A program made the position numbers and the translations under genes. Positions 59,201 to 64,000 of a stretch of DNA of 64,000 nucleotides are shown here, one piece after another (within the stretch, counting starts at the first letter, position 1; the number at the start of each line of letters is the position of its first letter). A model generated the notes under the pieces. The model was given only the letters and a program-made list of their open reading frames with translations, was not told where the DNA came from and searched no databases. Source of the stretch: Naegleria gruberi (Eukaryota); NCBI GenBank assembly GCA_000004985.1, contig GG738856.1; one strand, 5' to 3'.

Positions 59201-60598
59201 GAAAAGAACAAGCAAGATGAAGGTGAAAAGAGCGAAGCTTTTGAGTTTGTTGAAGAAAATGATGCCGATAAGGACCAACAAGAAAATCAAATCTTGTCTA
59301 ATGCCACCGAAGAACAATCTAAGGAGTTCCCAGCAATGGAAGATGGCGAAGAGGATGATGAAGATGAAGAAATGACTGAAGAAAAGAAGAAGGATGAATT
59401 TGGTGAGGAAAAGAAGAAGGACGAAAAGGAAGGTAATAATGCCGACTCAAAGCCAAGTATTTCATCCAAGTTGGATAAGAAATTAGAACAAGACGAAGAC
59501 GAGGATGAAGATATGGAAGATATTCAATTTGAACCTTCAAATAAGAAGGTAGATTTTGTCCAAACCAACTTTGAAAGTACTATCCACACCAAGACTGAAG
59601 CTTTAGAAGAAGAAATTGAGACTGAAGAACCAGAAATTAAACCATTAAGTATGGATGACATTAAGATGATGAGAGAAGAGCTTGAATCATCTCTCAACGA
59701 ATGGAGAAATAATGAAGAAAATGTAAACAATAGTAAGGAAATTTGGAAGAAGTTTGATATTTTGACATCAAGCTTGTCTCAAGAATTGTGCGAACAATTA
59801 AGATTGATTCTTGAACCAACTTTGGCTACTAAACTCAAGGGTGACTACAAGACTGGTAAAAGAATTAACATGAAGAAGATTATTCCTTATATTGCCAGTC
59901 AATTTAGAAAGGATAAGATTTGGCTTAGAAGAACAAAACCAAATAAGAGAGATTACCAAATTCTTTTGGCTATCGATGATTCCAAGTCTATGAATGATAA
60001 CCATGCTGGTCAAATGGCTTGTGAAGCTTTAACATTGATTTCTAGAGCCATGTCACAACTTGAAGTAGGTCAATTAGGTGTTGTTAGCTTTGGTGAAAAG
60101 ATGAAATTGTTACATCCTTTCGAGAAACCATTCACTGATGAAACCGGTGCTGAAATCCTCTCTCAATTCACATTCAAACAAAATCAAACTCAAATTGTTA
60201 ACTTCCTGTCAGATACCATTCAACTTATGGAAAATTACAAGTCTATGGAATTCTCTAACAATAGCGAACAATATCAATTGGCATTTATTATTTCAGATGG
60301 TAGAATGTTAGAAAGAGATAGAATTGTTAAATTGGTCAGAGAAGGACAGGAAAAGAAGATTCTTTTCGTTTTCATTTTGATTGATAATCCAAATCCAAAG
60401 GATTCTATTCTCAATGTAAAGAGTATCAACTCTACTTCAGATCCAAAACAACCATTAACATTTAGTTATTATATTGAAAAGTTCCCATTCCCATTCTACA
60501 TAATTTTGAGAGACATTCAAACTTTACCTGAAGTCTTGGCCGATGCTCTTCGTCAATACTTTGAATTAATCAATCTCACTGCTAATGAACAAGTTTAA
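44249..60598 (+). CDS. MDN1: Midasin (MDN1/Rea1), 5449 aa, as a single uninterrupted exon
   Basis: Six AAA Walker-A motifs (GIIGSGKT, GETGVGKTT, GPTSAGKTS, GDTGTGKTT, GSPGVGKTS, GPSACGKTS). A D/E-rich segment of about 550 aa. C-terminal LRLILEPTLATKLKGDYKTGKRINMKKIIPYIASQFRKDKIWLRRTKP and the MIDAS motif DDSKSM. Confidence 0.95.
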   Translation: MDKLNNNNNTTDSNYDTINAITKILPLYPQFKTFIKQYFKDRPSLIESIVNNHQEDKIDQKQLITLLEITLRLLIFAPSDFCKMWNWSPFFSLLKHKNKDIKSLTSKCVSIILKLDDQFFNSKIDNLKTYVLEEIESEELVHLENTLSFYDDTETSNMETTTEETRDKLIISHKSDSMVNVCGVWLHKNLREIKSSQQNISADKTKLIFTKTSLENMRSLALGVAQENPIILEGIIGSGKTAYVEELARITGNTDLIKVNLDESFDSKDLLGTYVCTDVPGEFRWQPGALTKAVMEGRWILIEDLDLAPFDIISSIIPLVESGNLFLPSRDEIIPASTGFQLFATQSLVESLNGTTTRQRVLPMSNLWTKVRVNKLPSKEIEHILKVKFESIQQLIPKFIETYDALRSGHISDDSEKSEKQSSESTQLKSFGRLFSFRDLLKWCERVQRFYGQKIQKNQNYVLSQIKRDIFHEAIDVFCGMIAKHDIYDSVVGTLALVWEIYNYEEYLKTYKPQLHEEKGVITVGRISLERDEKNLGELLNKNSNFAHTKQSLRMMERVGACIKMNEPILLNGETGVGKTTAVQYLANLMGKKLLVHNLNQQTDSADFIGGYKPVDLKILAASVKSNFEQLFSVTFPSKENEVTLKKVRDLYTKKSWAQFIMMLNKIIDLADQKLSKVDEVVDEKLEEVDSKKRKKTQGSSSGTKKQKTSDKTSTLKQYWTKFKESVDKFNQQQILVQNSFAFSFVEGTLVKALKEGHWILLDEINLASTETLERLSSLLEGEEGTLFITEKGDTEPIKRHPNFRIFACMNPPTDIGKKNLPPGLRNRFSEFYVHELTDKDDLKIVVSRYLSTVPHPPVDDIVNFYLDVKKKSEAELSDGASQRPHYSLRTLTRSLDYAVFVMKDYGMERSLYEGFSMGFLTLLSSACSSTVEKMIRTCFFKQKNVDNSLKQAPSQPASGDFVLFKHFWLPQGQFAPEQPADFIITDTVEENLKNLARAIKTNKYPVLLQGPTSAGKTSMVQYLAKMTGHKFVRINNHESTDLQEYFGSYITNSQGKLVFQEGILVEAVRNGYWLVLDELNLAPSDILEALNRLLDDNRELFIPETQETVKPHPHFQLFATQNPPGLYGGRKVLSRAFRNRFLELHIDEIPRGELVTILHRRCQISNQHAEKLVSVMRELQQRRQSSKIFAGKSNITPRDLFRWAERMKGADEKINYNQNAAEEGFMLLAERLRRDEEKDIVKEILEKVFKTKLDLERMYNPKELDNLQVAGSTIVWTKTMKRMYVLVGKCLQFSEPALLVGDTGTGKTTVCQVYADIYEQHLRILNCHQHTETSDILGSLRPVRGREKLKIELEELIEEFITTANTKYSLDINFGNETSIGKKVKRLEDICKKLAKERKLAEPQKKKQKNEFKEKELLEKQLIIRDIYQKWKALFTWYDGPLVQSMKSGEIFLIDEISLAEDAVLERLNSVLEPSRELTLPERGSEKIESIVAHDKFRILATMNPGGDFGKRELSPALRNRFTEIYVPSLSVSEDLAIIVASKLDQSIKSFNTRMVEFVQFFKSKRTKRLLSVRDVISWVQFMNMAVAKLDMDAYGAFLHGVDTVILESIGVGTDSSAKNRLLLRKECFTFLLDKIAQENVLSTEQLEYYRDVFLNENYTAIRSNKTKESSEYFGYHPFYVKCGESSERKIVYALDAPTTGRNVMKVLRAMQLRKPLLLEGSPGVGKTSLISAIAKASGHNIVRINLSEQTDMMDLLGTDLPVEGSSGGQFRWCDGIFLRALRNGDWVLLDELNLASQSVLEGLNSVLDHRAEIYIPEINETVKCPEGFRIFACQNPLQQGGGRKGLPKSFLNRFTQVYVDELRPEDLTFILNSIHGDIGEENIKLMIDFNRKMHKETMELYRFGRKGSPWEFNLRDVFRWCELLKKERELNKDCTKPIDPMRMIDCMYKQRMRTVEDRKHVERVYKELTGKDFPCETNPTYTITPGAVQIGSSILLKNSSFDDSDKDNHAPSTSSQDLILLQSFLNPLENIMKCIEMNYLTIVNGPSACGKTSIVRLIAQMTGNMLSEFSMSSSTDTVELLGGFEQVDPIQKVRKIASFIKIKIDELARIAFLNDENLRFDALKLLYNQWTTYDATAKKDASFSGIEQLKSMCETLFDNLEYQSDEKQAIIQQLDNLSKLLEMGVKGRFEWNDGVLIRSLEAGNWILIDNVNFCNPTVLDRLNSLLEPEGVLVVNERGLVDGEIRIVKPHPHFRIFMVMDPKYGEISRAMRNRGIEISMFPITIPSQDAFTLLANNGVPSAHLCNVLMDYHAKFTQKIFLPEEDRPTIRDLLRCAEVFNSEVKQGLNITNAFKAAISCVYIRSRCSSKSAVDIAESELEECAKQLPRNDHGFPSTFVAANAFKCDKSLFRTVFRQSARLYDIIRNYLSLKVAESNDHNDSTKKLLDSLKWKILVTDLPPHFLQTNDVEKTIISADVMDTSSTSNLINDMQYALEYFIDVSSFKDIDIRVIWLQRLLTLCKSDKILEELLTKGIELLNTRKGCEVSKKIQKIFKNMQQTVTQRFSEIIASQPMNLKYSEQLFARLQYLGLINEQDNYVFDAATILTSQQKRKYEEQQSIAVEFQGTIVENKSSLLHQSYYYHLNPKHRSTAPNRVVVHLYTLFVQIDELVDAIMNSKVDESVCSLDDISGMLRCRDKLWFYLSHTAELSEEFFIYWNWLAKEFLKVKVKKPATSGKKKNISETPYGLYEQLCTFMGEIDGLVISNFNSVGKKNTLYKNCGKPTISLSVELKEIEDTITNYLSVNTSSNTESKELKQLVYNAMSTVKLLQQEPNHPDQEKLLQYVRTVPELLEKAKPKEQEISEDVYTPYKELATKSEQELVMDKIFRDIAEFTAPDKKHINAASLHSTQAISPLFDYKSMHHEMNVVTLLSKIGYILKRLDASSDVKEIKRLLSTAVAKGRHLIDFILQNCSRGPLDLVPYQLLLWRISNLETNSADEIKKIALGIPSLLHFVWIYWNERVWENTYNTSMFENSDSTETPVSRDDLAGPNRLFQDVNSVHILKLLSGWENIPIRSRHIKIDQLKKVVQFICTNVDNVQSEEVDWNNLVYLYCDTLLSFKKSFPEASFQLLLDITDSLCATKQASVQDLTKIIESSNDGRLKAKKNDIISVCNLICTRDEDKNKDLMNRGLAWLKLGETRMNLFIPANSLDPTLKYAIYDKHLKEDIQVLQGKLEIMTSIERFISGSGRNIISDKIEKDITNIQSIVDKITPKVINRPTNISFIDMYREMKSLADQHEVIKNLSNSLIKFFESDNDDKQDMVAELINKEESYQANSHSHIKSKILKNSFGFEDLALPFASSAYHIKYGLRLLCYGSLAKKDESEQNTVNQILNHLLSFPSCNSVQTIEDDLAIVQQWLKSIENSANTQSKCKQYETATKVLRVLMSRCLLITVSQTSSQDNTIHNLQLLNQVFVMYSNLFESVEDELEKKKAEEDNFYKYKERKTTIETEEEILEEEMETMFPTYSEDYSQFNAPTEEKNIMNLSEKKESLISEKSLLERVNKVIHDEREIDYLVRTHKDIFSFISSSSQLRPVDTIDTIRNKMFDESFNVAVHIINTLNGKYQIDMTSSGYLPLVLFGSRALNNLWVKVDNSKEAKLKAYSEVYTEPNIPEITLAFSTLFSMLQRLNFLIKKYSTEEQKGHPILVEMVKIIEHILNQPITSPIIKILTGLELVLIKAGEWEEYLTAHVNSLKDEIRKLSGLIIRWRRMELENWKGIYDLKNREYKNKSINWWFRFYNMICNSSFKMEELTKIIEDFFGICDDFIRTSTIGDFEYRLGLLNNFYQHLAAEIERKYSDDVEVRTKIRDIIFNLHKYYSQFSGKLEERLDQEKQPLETKLRDFITLTKWEDVNIDAIRFTTKKSRRALAKFSKGFGEVLVKPARDLWDKYDELAAASEIIQESEKKPKRKSKNKKIKKRKNKKFIADEPDDIIQQTMNRGKNLIKSHEFKNCLSYTKKEKELLSVIEKEFMEDSKNVVDRLPVIYELVGKNFENLIIKSAVPKEFDAVTSNIEDFSVEIIEQTQLLNKENSPKSMKLRALVTLLTELKEMGISYLKKSVGSETAIDKIFQIPDVGFSLNNLTSNDVQEVFKKADDYYFKNIFSVQNFKLTFEGEVSGDIKSQQTKMRGYPDNLFFLTMKHRRILGTIEASQKANKSFLSTLKHLKQSFENEKDEGVIISQSKARELLNVQSGYVFRLYELVAQITSLYTALSKHDSAYDKPLKTIEDAKSIIDRSVDLLERIMNRTQLFSTKDLKELSENLETLQNARGILNKFVSETSDLPKSKELISLVEEFDQVKTTYESIVAEEASNNKFDLASISSFAKLYKHAVKSIQLTIQDLVKACSEEQVQYEETMKSASEELKNRKKEDDEEDDTYSASYLSKNNSIQRLEEFIDRCHGVITTGLAKINKDISGMIEFIVDNSKNSQNITNSLTELLSNLAPLLQRLDGVVDTLKIPLVYYHKSISKLTYVLLNIFSTLCKQGFCGKDDEEQGEGESDGVDFSSGTGMDDGEGINDIGDQIDNEDQLLNEKDKQQQEGNKDLEKNDNAIEMDGDFEAEKQEVDEQEDDEEQDQDEEQDENKEMGEIDEDDPNKEQLDEKLWDENENDRDDKTEEGSDKNDNPQQQDSELQAQENENDDHQQDNRKDKQKKDDKPMEYEEDEEAVEQEEFEDNMDDKFNDEFQDQDKDGEDQDGKDNDQQMDDLEISEDEQEGDEENQNEQEGDEENKDGEDKEEGDNEDADGDEDLKKKKDEEIDEQVDTEDIAPEDQNISGQDEDNQDAIDPNLESENKQEKDEDGNDDEDGEKENEQEEEEKAHTAEEEADSKDLKETPFGVKQTAGKASDIKEDSAENEQRQEKKNNNAEESGKDTNKNEMGESMDQGTDNNADQEPESGQMQMDPNPLRSLGDAMKNWKKKLNLVERNKQENEKNKQDEGEKSEAFEFVEENDADKDQQENQILSNATEEQSKEFPAMEDGEEDDEDEEMTEEKKKDEFGEEKKKDEKEGNNADSKPSISSKLDKKLEQDEDEDEDMEDIQFEPSNKKVDFVQTNFESTIHTKTEALEEEIETEEPEIKPLSMDDIKMMREELESSLNEWRNNEENVNNSKEIWKKFDILTSSLSQELCEQLRLILEPTLATKLKGDYKTGKRINMKKIIPYIASQFRKDKIWLRRTKPNKRDYQILLAIDDSKSMNDNHAGQMACEALTLISRAMSQLEVGQLGVVSFGEKMKLLHPFEKPFTDETGAEILSQFTFKQNQTQIVNFLSDTIQLMENYKSMEFSNNSEQYQLAFIISDGRMLERDRIVKLVREGQEKKILFVFILIDNPNPKDSILNVKSINSTSDPKQPLTFSYYIEKFPFPFYIILRDIQTLPEVLADALRQYFELINLTANEQV
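57850..59560. repeat. Low-complexity GAA/GAT-rich coding region (midasin D/E-rich linker); it produces spurious antisense F/I/L-rich ORFs
   Basis: Acidic protein segment DEEQGEGESDG...EDEDEDMEDI. Multiple overlapping antisense ORFs on the track. Confidence 0.8.
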
Positions 60599-60603
60599 AT
60601 AAA

Positions 60604-61599
60604 TCACTCGTTATCAGATAAAAGATCATCTTCATAAAAGCATCCTCGTTCTCTTATTTCATCCACTTTGAGATTTGGAAGAGAATTTCTCAAATATGTG
60701 GCAACATTATGATCAATATTGTTAATGCAAATAGATTGTAACAGCTGTAGTGATACTAATTGTCTTGCAGCACCATCACCAATGTCGGATGCCCAAACAG
60801 AGAGACAGGTTAGTTGTGTCATCGCTTGACTAATATACTCTGCTCCTAGATCTCCAATACTATTACAGTCCATATTTAATGATTTCAAACCAGTCAATTT
60901 ACAAATAAGTTTTGTTCCTTCAGAGTCAATGTGGTTTGTTCCAATATTTAATTCTGTCAATTGAGTTAATTTACAAATTGCTTCACAATCTTTATCATTC
61001 AAATCATTTTCTTCAACAATCAATGTCCTTAACTTGTCCAAAGTAACAAGGTGTTCCAAATCTGGAGAATTGTTTCTTTTCTTTCTAGAATAAAATTTAA
61101 AAACTGAAGAAATGTTCAACGTTTGAAGGTTTTTCAAAGAACCTATCAAATAAAATCCATTTTCTTGAACAAATCTCGTATTACCACTCACATCTAGATA
61201 GGTCAATTGATTGTGAATTACCTTACATAGATACTTCATTCCTGGATCGCTTGAAATATCAATTGTTCTATGCAAAGAAATTCCCTTAATATTCGAAACA
61301 TAGGTAGAACTTCTATTATCATCCTTCAAAACTTGTAAAAATTTCAACCATGATGATTTTGTATTAAATTTAACATCAAAACTAAATAAACTATTTCCAA
61401 TTTTAAAAAATCTTTTCGAAATTAAAAAACAATTTTGGATAATCATTTTACTCTCTAAAAAAGTCAAAACTTCAAAGCAAATATCCTTTGAAAACTTAAA
61501 AGAGTGATTAGTTGTTATATTGCTGATCGGAATCTGTTTGAATTTTTTATCTGGAATTTCGTCAAGATCAGAATGATCATCTGTTTCCTTTCGTTTCAT
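60604..61599 (-). CDS. F-box-like / leucine-rich-repeat (RNI-type) protein
   Basis: N-terminal F-box-like segment ICFEVLTFLESKMIIQNCFLISKRF. C-terminal LRRs LTQLTELNIGTNHIDSEGTKLICKLTGLKSLNMDCNSIGDLGAEYI. Confidence 0.6.
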   Translation of the reverse strand: MKRKETDDHSDLDEIPDKKFKQIPISNITTNHSFKFSKDICFEVLTFLESKMIIQNCFLISKRFFKIGNSLFSFDVKFNTKSSWLKFLQVLKDDNRSSTYVSNIKGISLHRTIDISSDPGMKYLCKVIHNQLTYLDVSGNTRFVQENGFYLIGSLKNLQTLNISSVFKFYSRKKRNNSPDLEHLVTLDKLRTLIVEENDLNDKDCEAICKLTQLTELNIGTNHIDSEGTKLICKLTGLKSLNMDCNSIGDLGAEYISQAMTQLTCLSVWASDIGDGAARQLVSLQLLQSICINNIDHNVATYLRNSLPNLKVDEIRERGCFYEDDLLSDNE

Positions 61600-61813
61600 T
61601 TTTTCTGTTTCGTTTGAAGTTGGTGAAGAAAAGCATTCACAAACACAAATTAATCAACCATCTTCGAAGAGAGAAGAGAGGCTATGTATGTGATATCAAT
61701 ATCTGACTTTCTGATGTTATTAAGAGATAGGCATATTAGTATTTTACAATTTCTAGTTCTTGAAAGAATGGAGGAGGAGCTTACATTAAAATACACAATT
61801 GGTTTATGAGGAA

Positions 61814-62560
61814 CTATTTTTCTTCCCTTGGTGGTCTTTCAACTACCTTAATCTTTGTAATGAGAATTTCCTCATTTACTGGATAAATATTTTCACACTG
61901 TTGACAAATTTCCTTACTCATTCCACCTTTTACAGCCATTCTTTCCACAAAGTCGTGAATCTTCATCTTTTTAATGTGTTTTTCCACTGTTTGGTGCATG
62001 ACAGTTCGAATCTTTTTGATTTGTGACTTGTTGGCATAGGATGTCTTTTTCAATTGAAGAGTTCGTGCTCTTGTTGTTGCACTCATGAAAATTCTCACTT
62101 GATATCCATCTAAACTCTTATAAACTTGATTGAGTGTAATGAGTGTGTGAAATTTGTGTGGAATTGAAGCTAATTTTTCTTTGGTCAATCGAAACCCATT
62201 AAAATCAGCTTCAGCATGTCCTCTTTCCGAAATTGTGTAAATTTTCAAATTAATTACATTGTAATCAAGATCAGACTTGACTGACATGATATCTGGGGCA
62301 AAAGTTTCAATCGAACGATTCAAAACCTTTTCATGAGTTGGTAATTTTGAGGCAGTTTTACCTATTGCTCTGGTGACTGGTGTGAATATTAGAGGAAAAT
62401 CCAGAGTTGAGTTTGGTAATTTAGGTGTTGAAATTGATGCATATTCATCATGTTTCGTCTTGGAATATTCGAAATAGGGAGATTTGACAAGGAATGTAGT
62501 TTTGAAATAGAATGGGTCGATACAACGACGACGTTTTTGTTTGCTTTTACCTACTACCAT
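61814..62560 (-). CDS. Divergent ribosomal protein eS1 (S3Ae)-like protein
   Basis: MVVGKSKQKRRR..IDPF.. N-terminus and KKTSYANKSQIKKIRTVMHQTVEKHI / CENIYP segments align with eukaryotic RPS3A ([40 protein letters not shown]), but overall identity is only about 30%. Confidence 0.6.
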   Translation of the reverse strand: MVVGKSKQKRRRCIDPFYFKTTFLVKSPYFEYSKTKHDEYASISTPKLPNSTLDFPLIFTPVTRAIGKTASKLPTHEKVLNRSIETFAPDIMSVKSDLDYNVINLKIYTISERGHAEADFNGFRLTKEKLASIPHKFHTLITLNQVYKSLDGYQVRIFMSATTRARTLQLKKTSYANKSQIKKIRTVMHQTVEKHIKKMKIHDFVERMAVKGGMSKEICQQCENIYPVNEEILITKIKVVERPPREEK

Positions 62561-62739
62561 ATTTTTTTTTCTTTTGTTTGAAATTAAGAAATTGAAAGTT
62601 ATTTTTGTAATGTTGAATTCAATTCCATAATTTACCACTTCAAAAACCTAACTTCCAATGTTTACTACCATGCTAGTTTCCTCCTGTCCTGATGTGGCCA
62701 AGGTTATGAAATATAAAGCAATTGGAAATGCTTTCTGAA

Positions 62740-63867
62740 TTATTTATTCAAATACTTAACTTCCTGAGTCAATTTACAAGTGTAATGATGAGCAGATTGA
62801 TAAGACTCATATTTAGTCCACCCACTCAATTTAAACTTGTAATATCCAACATCTATCACACCCGTGTAATTACATCCGTAAACACTTGAGGTTTCTGCCA
62901 AAATCTGAATCCCATAATTGCCATATTTGCTGTTTGATCCTACCAGTCCAATTAAAGAGCTATCTGTTGCTATCGTATGGTTATTGTAATACCACCTACA
63001 GCGATATCTATCGGATAAGGTATCAGCTCTAAAGAATATTCCAAATCCAACCCTTCTAACACTTTTATCCGAATTTGTTGAGTTTCCAGATTTAAGATTT
63101 TCAAAATGTTTGGCCAAATCTGAAGGCATGCACAGTTTGTAAATATGTTTCAAATTCTTTGGAATAACTCCACAACTCTCTGCAAAATGGCTCACATCAA
63201 ATATAAAGGCATGTTCACTATTATCCATTTTTCCAATTACAATATATCTATCAAGTGATTCCTTTTCCTCATTGAAATAATTAGTTTTCAGCTTGAAGTA
63301 AACTTGATGATTATCATGATCGATAATCGTTATAAGAGAATTGATAATTTCCTCTTCATTCTTCAATGCATAATTTGTGAATTTGCTCAGCTCTGAAATT
63401 GAATTACTATAATTGAAACAAATCTCAATTCTTAAAGTATCAATAGGCATGCATTTCTCTGGAAACAATACCTTGTCCTTCTCGACAGAACAAGGTCTTG
63501 CTACTTGACCAACCACCAATGGTTGCGAATCTTGACACGTGAAGGTCACATTAAACATGGCATTTTCTCCTGTATTAATTTCCTTGCACATATCCATCAC
63601 ATTCTTTACTCGATCATAAATATCACTTGATCTAGTAGGCATTCCAATGTTTTCTCGTGAATTTTTCTTTTTAAATTGCATGGTAGGAATGTCAAGTTTC
63701 AATTTAATTAAATCTTTCAACATGGATGTGAATGATTCCGAATGTTGATATGAATTTTCCACTTTTCTTGATGATGGTCTTGNNNNNNNNNNNNNNNNNN
63801 NNNNNNNNNNNNNNNNNNNNNNNNNNNNNNNNTTGGATGATACTTTGGAGTTAAATAGAACTCTCAT
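62740..63867 (-). CDS. Hypothetical protein; N-terminal region interrupted by an N-gap (63783..63832)
   Basis: Long ORF (375 aa) with coding-like composition. No family recognised. Confidence 0.35.
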   Translation of the reverse strand: MRVLFNSKVSSXXXXXXXXXXXXXXXXXXRPSSRKVENSYQHSESFTSMLKDLIKLKLDIPTMQFKKKNSRENIGMPTRSSDIYDRVKNVMDMCKEINTGENAMFNVTFTCQDSQPLVVGQVARPCSVEKDKVLFPEKCMPIDTLRIEICFNYSNSISELSKFTNYALKNEEEIINSLITIIDHDNHQVYFKLKTNYFNEEKESLDRYIVIGKMDNSEHAFIFDVSHFAESCGVIPKNLKHIYKLCMPSDLAKHFENLKSGNSTNSDKSVRRVGFGIFFRADTLSDRYRCRWYYNNHTIATDSSLIGLVGSNSKYGNYGIQILAETSSVYGCNYTGVIDVGYYKFKLSGWTKYESYQSAHHYTCKLTQEVKYLNK

Positions 63868-64000
63868 GAATTCGCTCAGCGAAAGATATTNGTGTGTACC
63901 CTTTTTTCAAAATTAATACATGATAAATTATCTTTCAACCATGTATTACATGAACTATAGTTTCAATATTGTAATATTTATTATTTTTTAATTTAATAAA

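Noticed and set aside
1-64000. Prokaryote-style features (operons, CRISPR arrays, defence islands, RBS, rho-independent terminators)
   Set aside because: Spliceosomal introns, histone, midasin and axonemal genes show this is a eukaryotic nuclear locus. No direct-repeat/spacer arrays were seen.

Overview
This window is eukaryotic nuclear DNA, not prokaryotic. It is AT-rich with about 30 protein-coding genes on both strands. Many genes are split by very short spliceosomal introns (about 40-90 nt, GTAAGT/GTATGT donors, YAG acceptors). TATAAATAC-like motifs sit about 90-220 bp upstream of several starts. The ORF track treats TTG/GTG as starts, so I re-placed true ATG starts where I could read them. 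Genes I recognise from motifs: a 5449-aa single-exon midasin (MDN1/Rea1; six AAA Walker-A motifs, a D/E-rich linker, a C-terminal MIDAS/VWA), an H2A.X-like histone with a C-terminal SQEF and a long N-terminal extension, ribosomal protein uL6 (RPL9), a divergent eS1 (S3a)-like protein, anamorsin/CIAPIN1, radial spoke protein 3 (so the organism is flagellated), Nse4, the Rab geranylgeranyltransferase alpha subunit (PFTA repeats plus a C-terminal LRR, about 6 exons), a nitrilase-superfamily amidase, an SRR1-like protein, kelch, ANK-BTB and F-box/LRR proteins, a secreted PAP2/vanadium-haloperoxidase-like enzyme, a Ser/Thr-kinase-NACHT (STAND) fusion, and a large NHL-EGF-GAIN/GPS-7TM-RGS receptor. 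The most unusual structural feature is a near-identical tandem segmental duplication (about 26.66-31.25 kb versus 31.30-37.6 kb) interrupted by N-gaps. It carries two identical copies of a secreted polybasic Kex2-site-rich peptide precursor, two DUF4116-repeat genes that differ in repeat number, and a lineage-specific gene pair in which one copy has a 14-bp frameshifting deletion. No CRISPR, rRNA or obvious transposons were seen. I could not detect tRNAs by eye. The lineage is uncertain: an AT-rich flagellated unicellular eukaryote with yeast-like codon bias.
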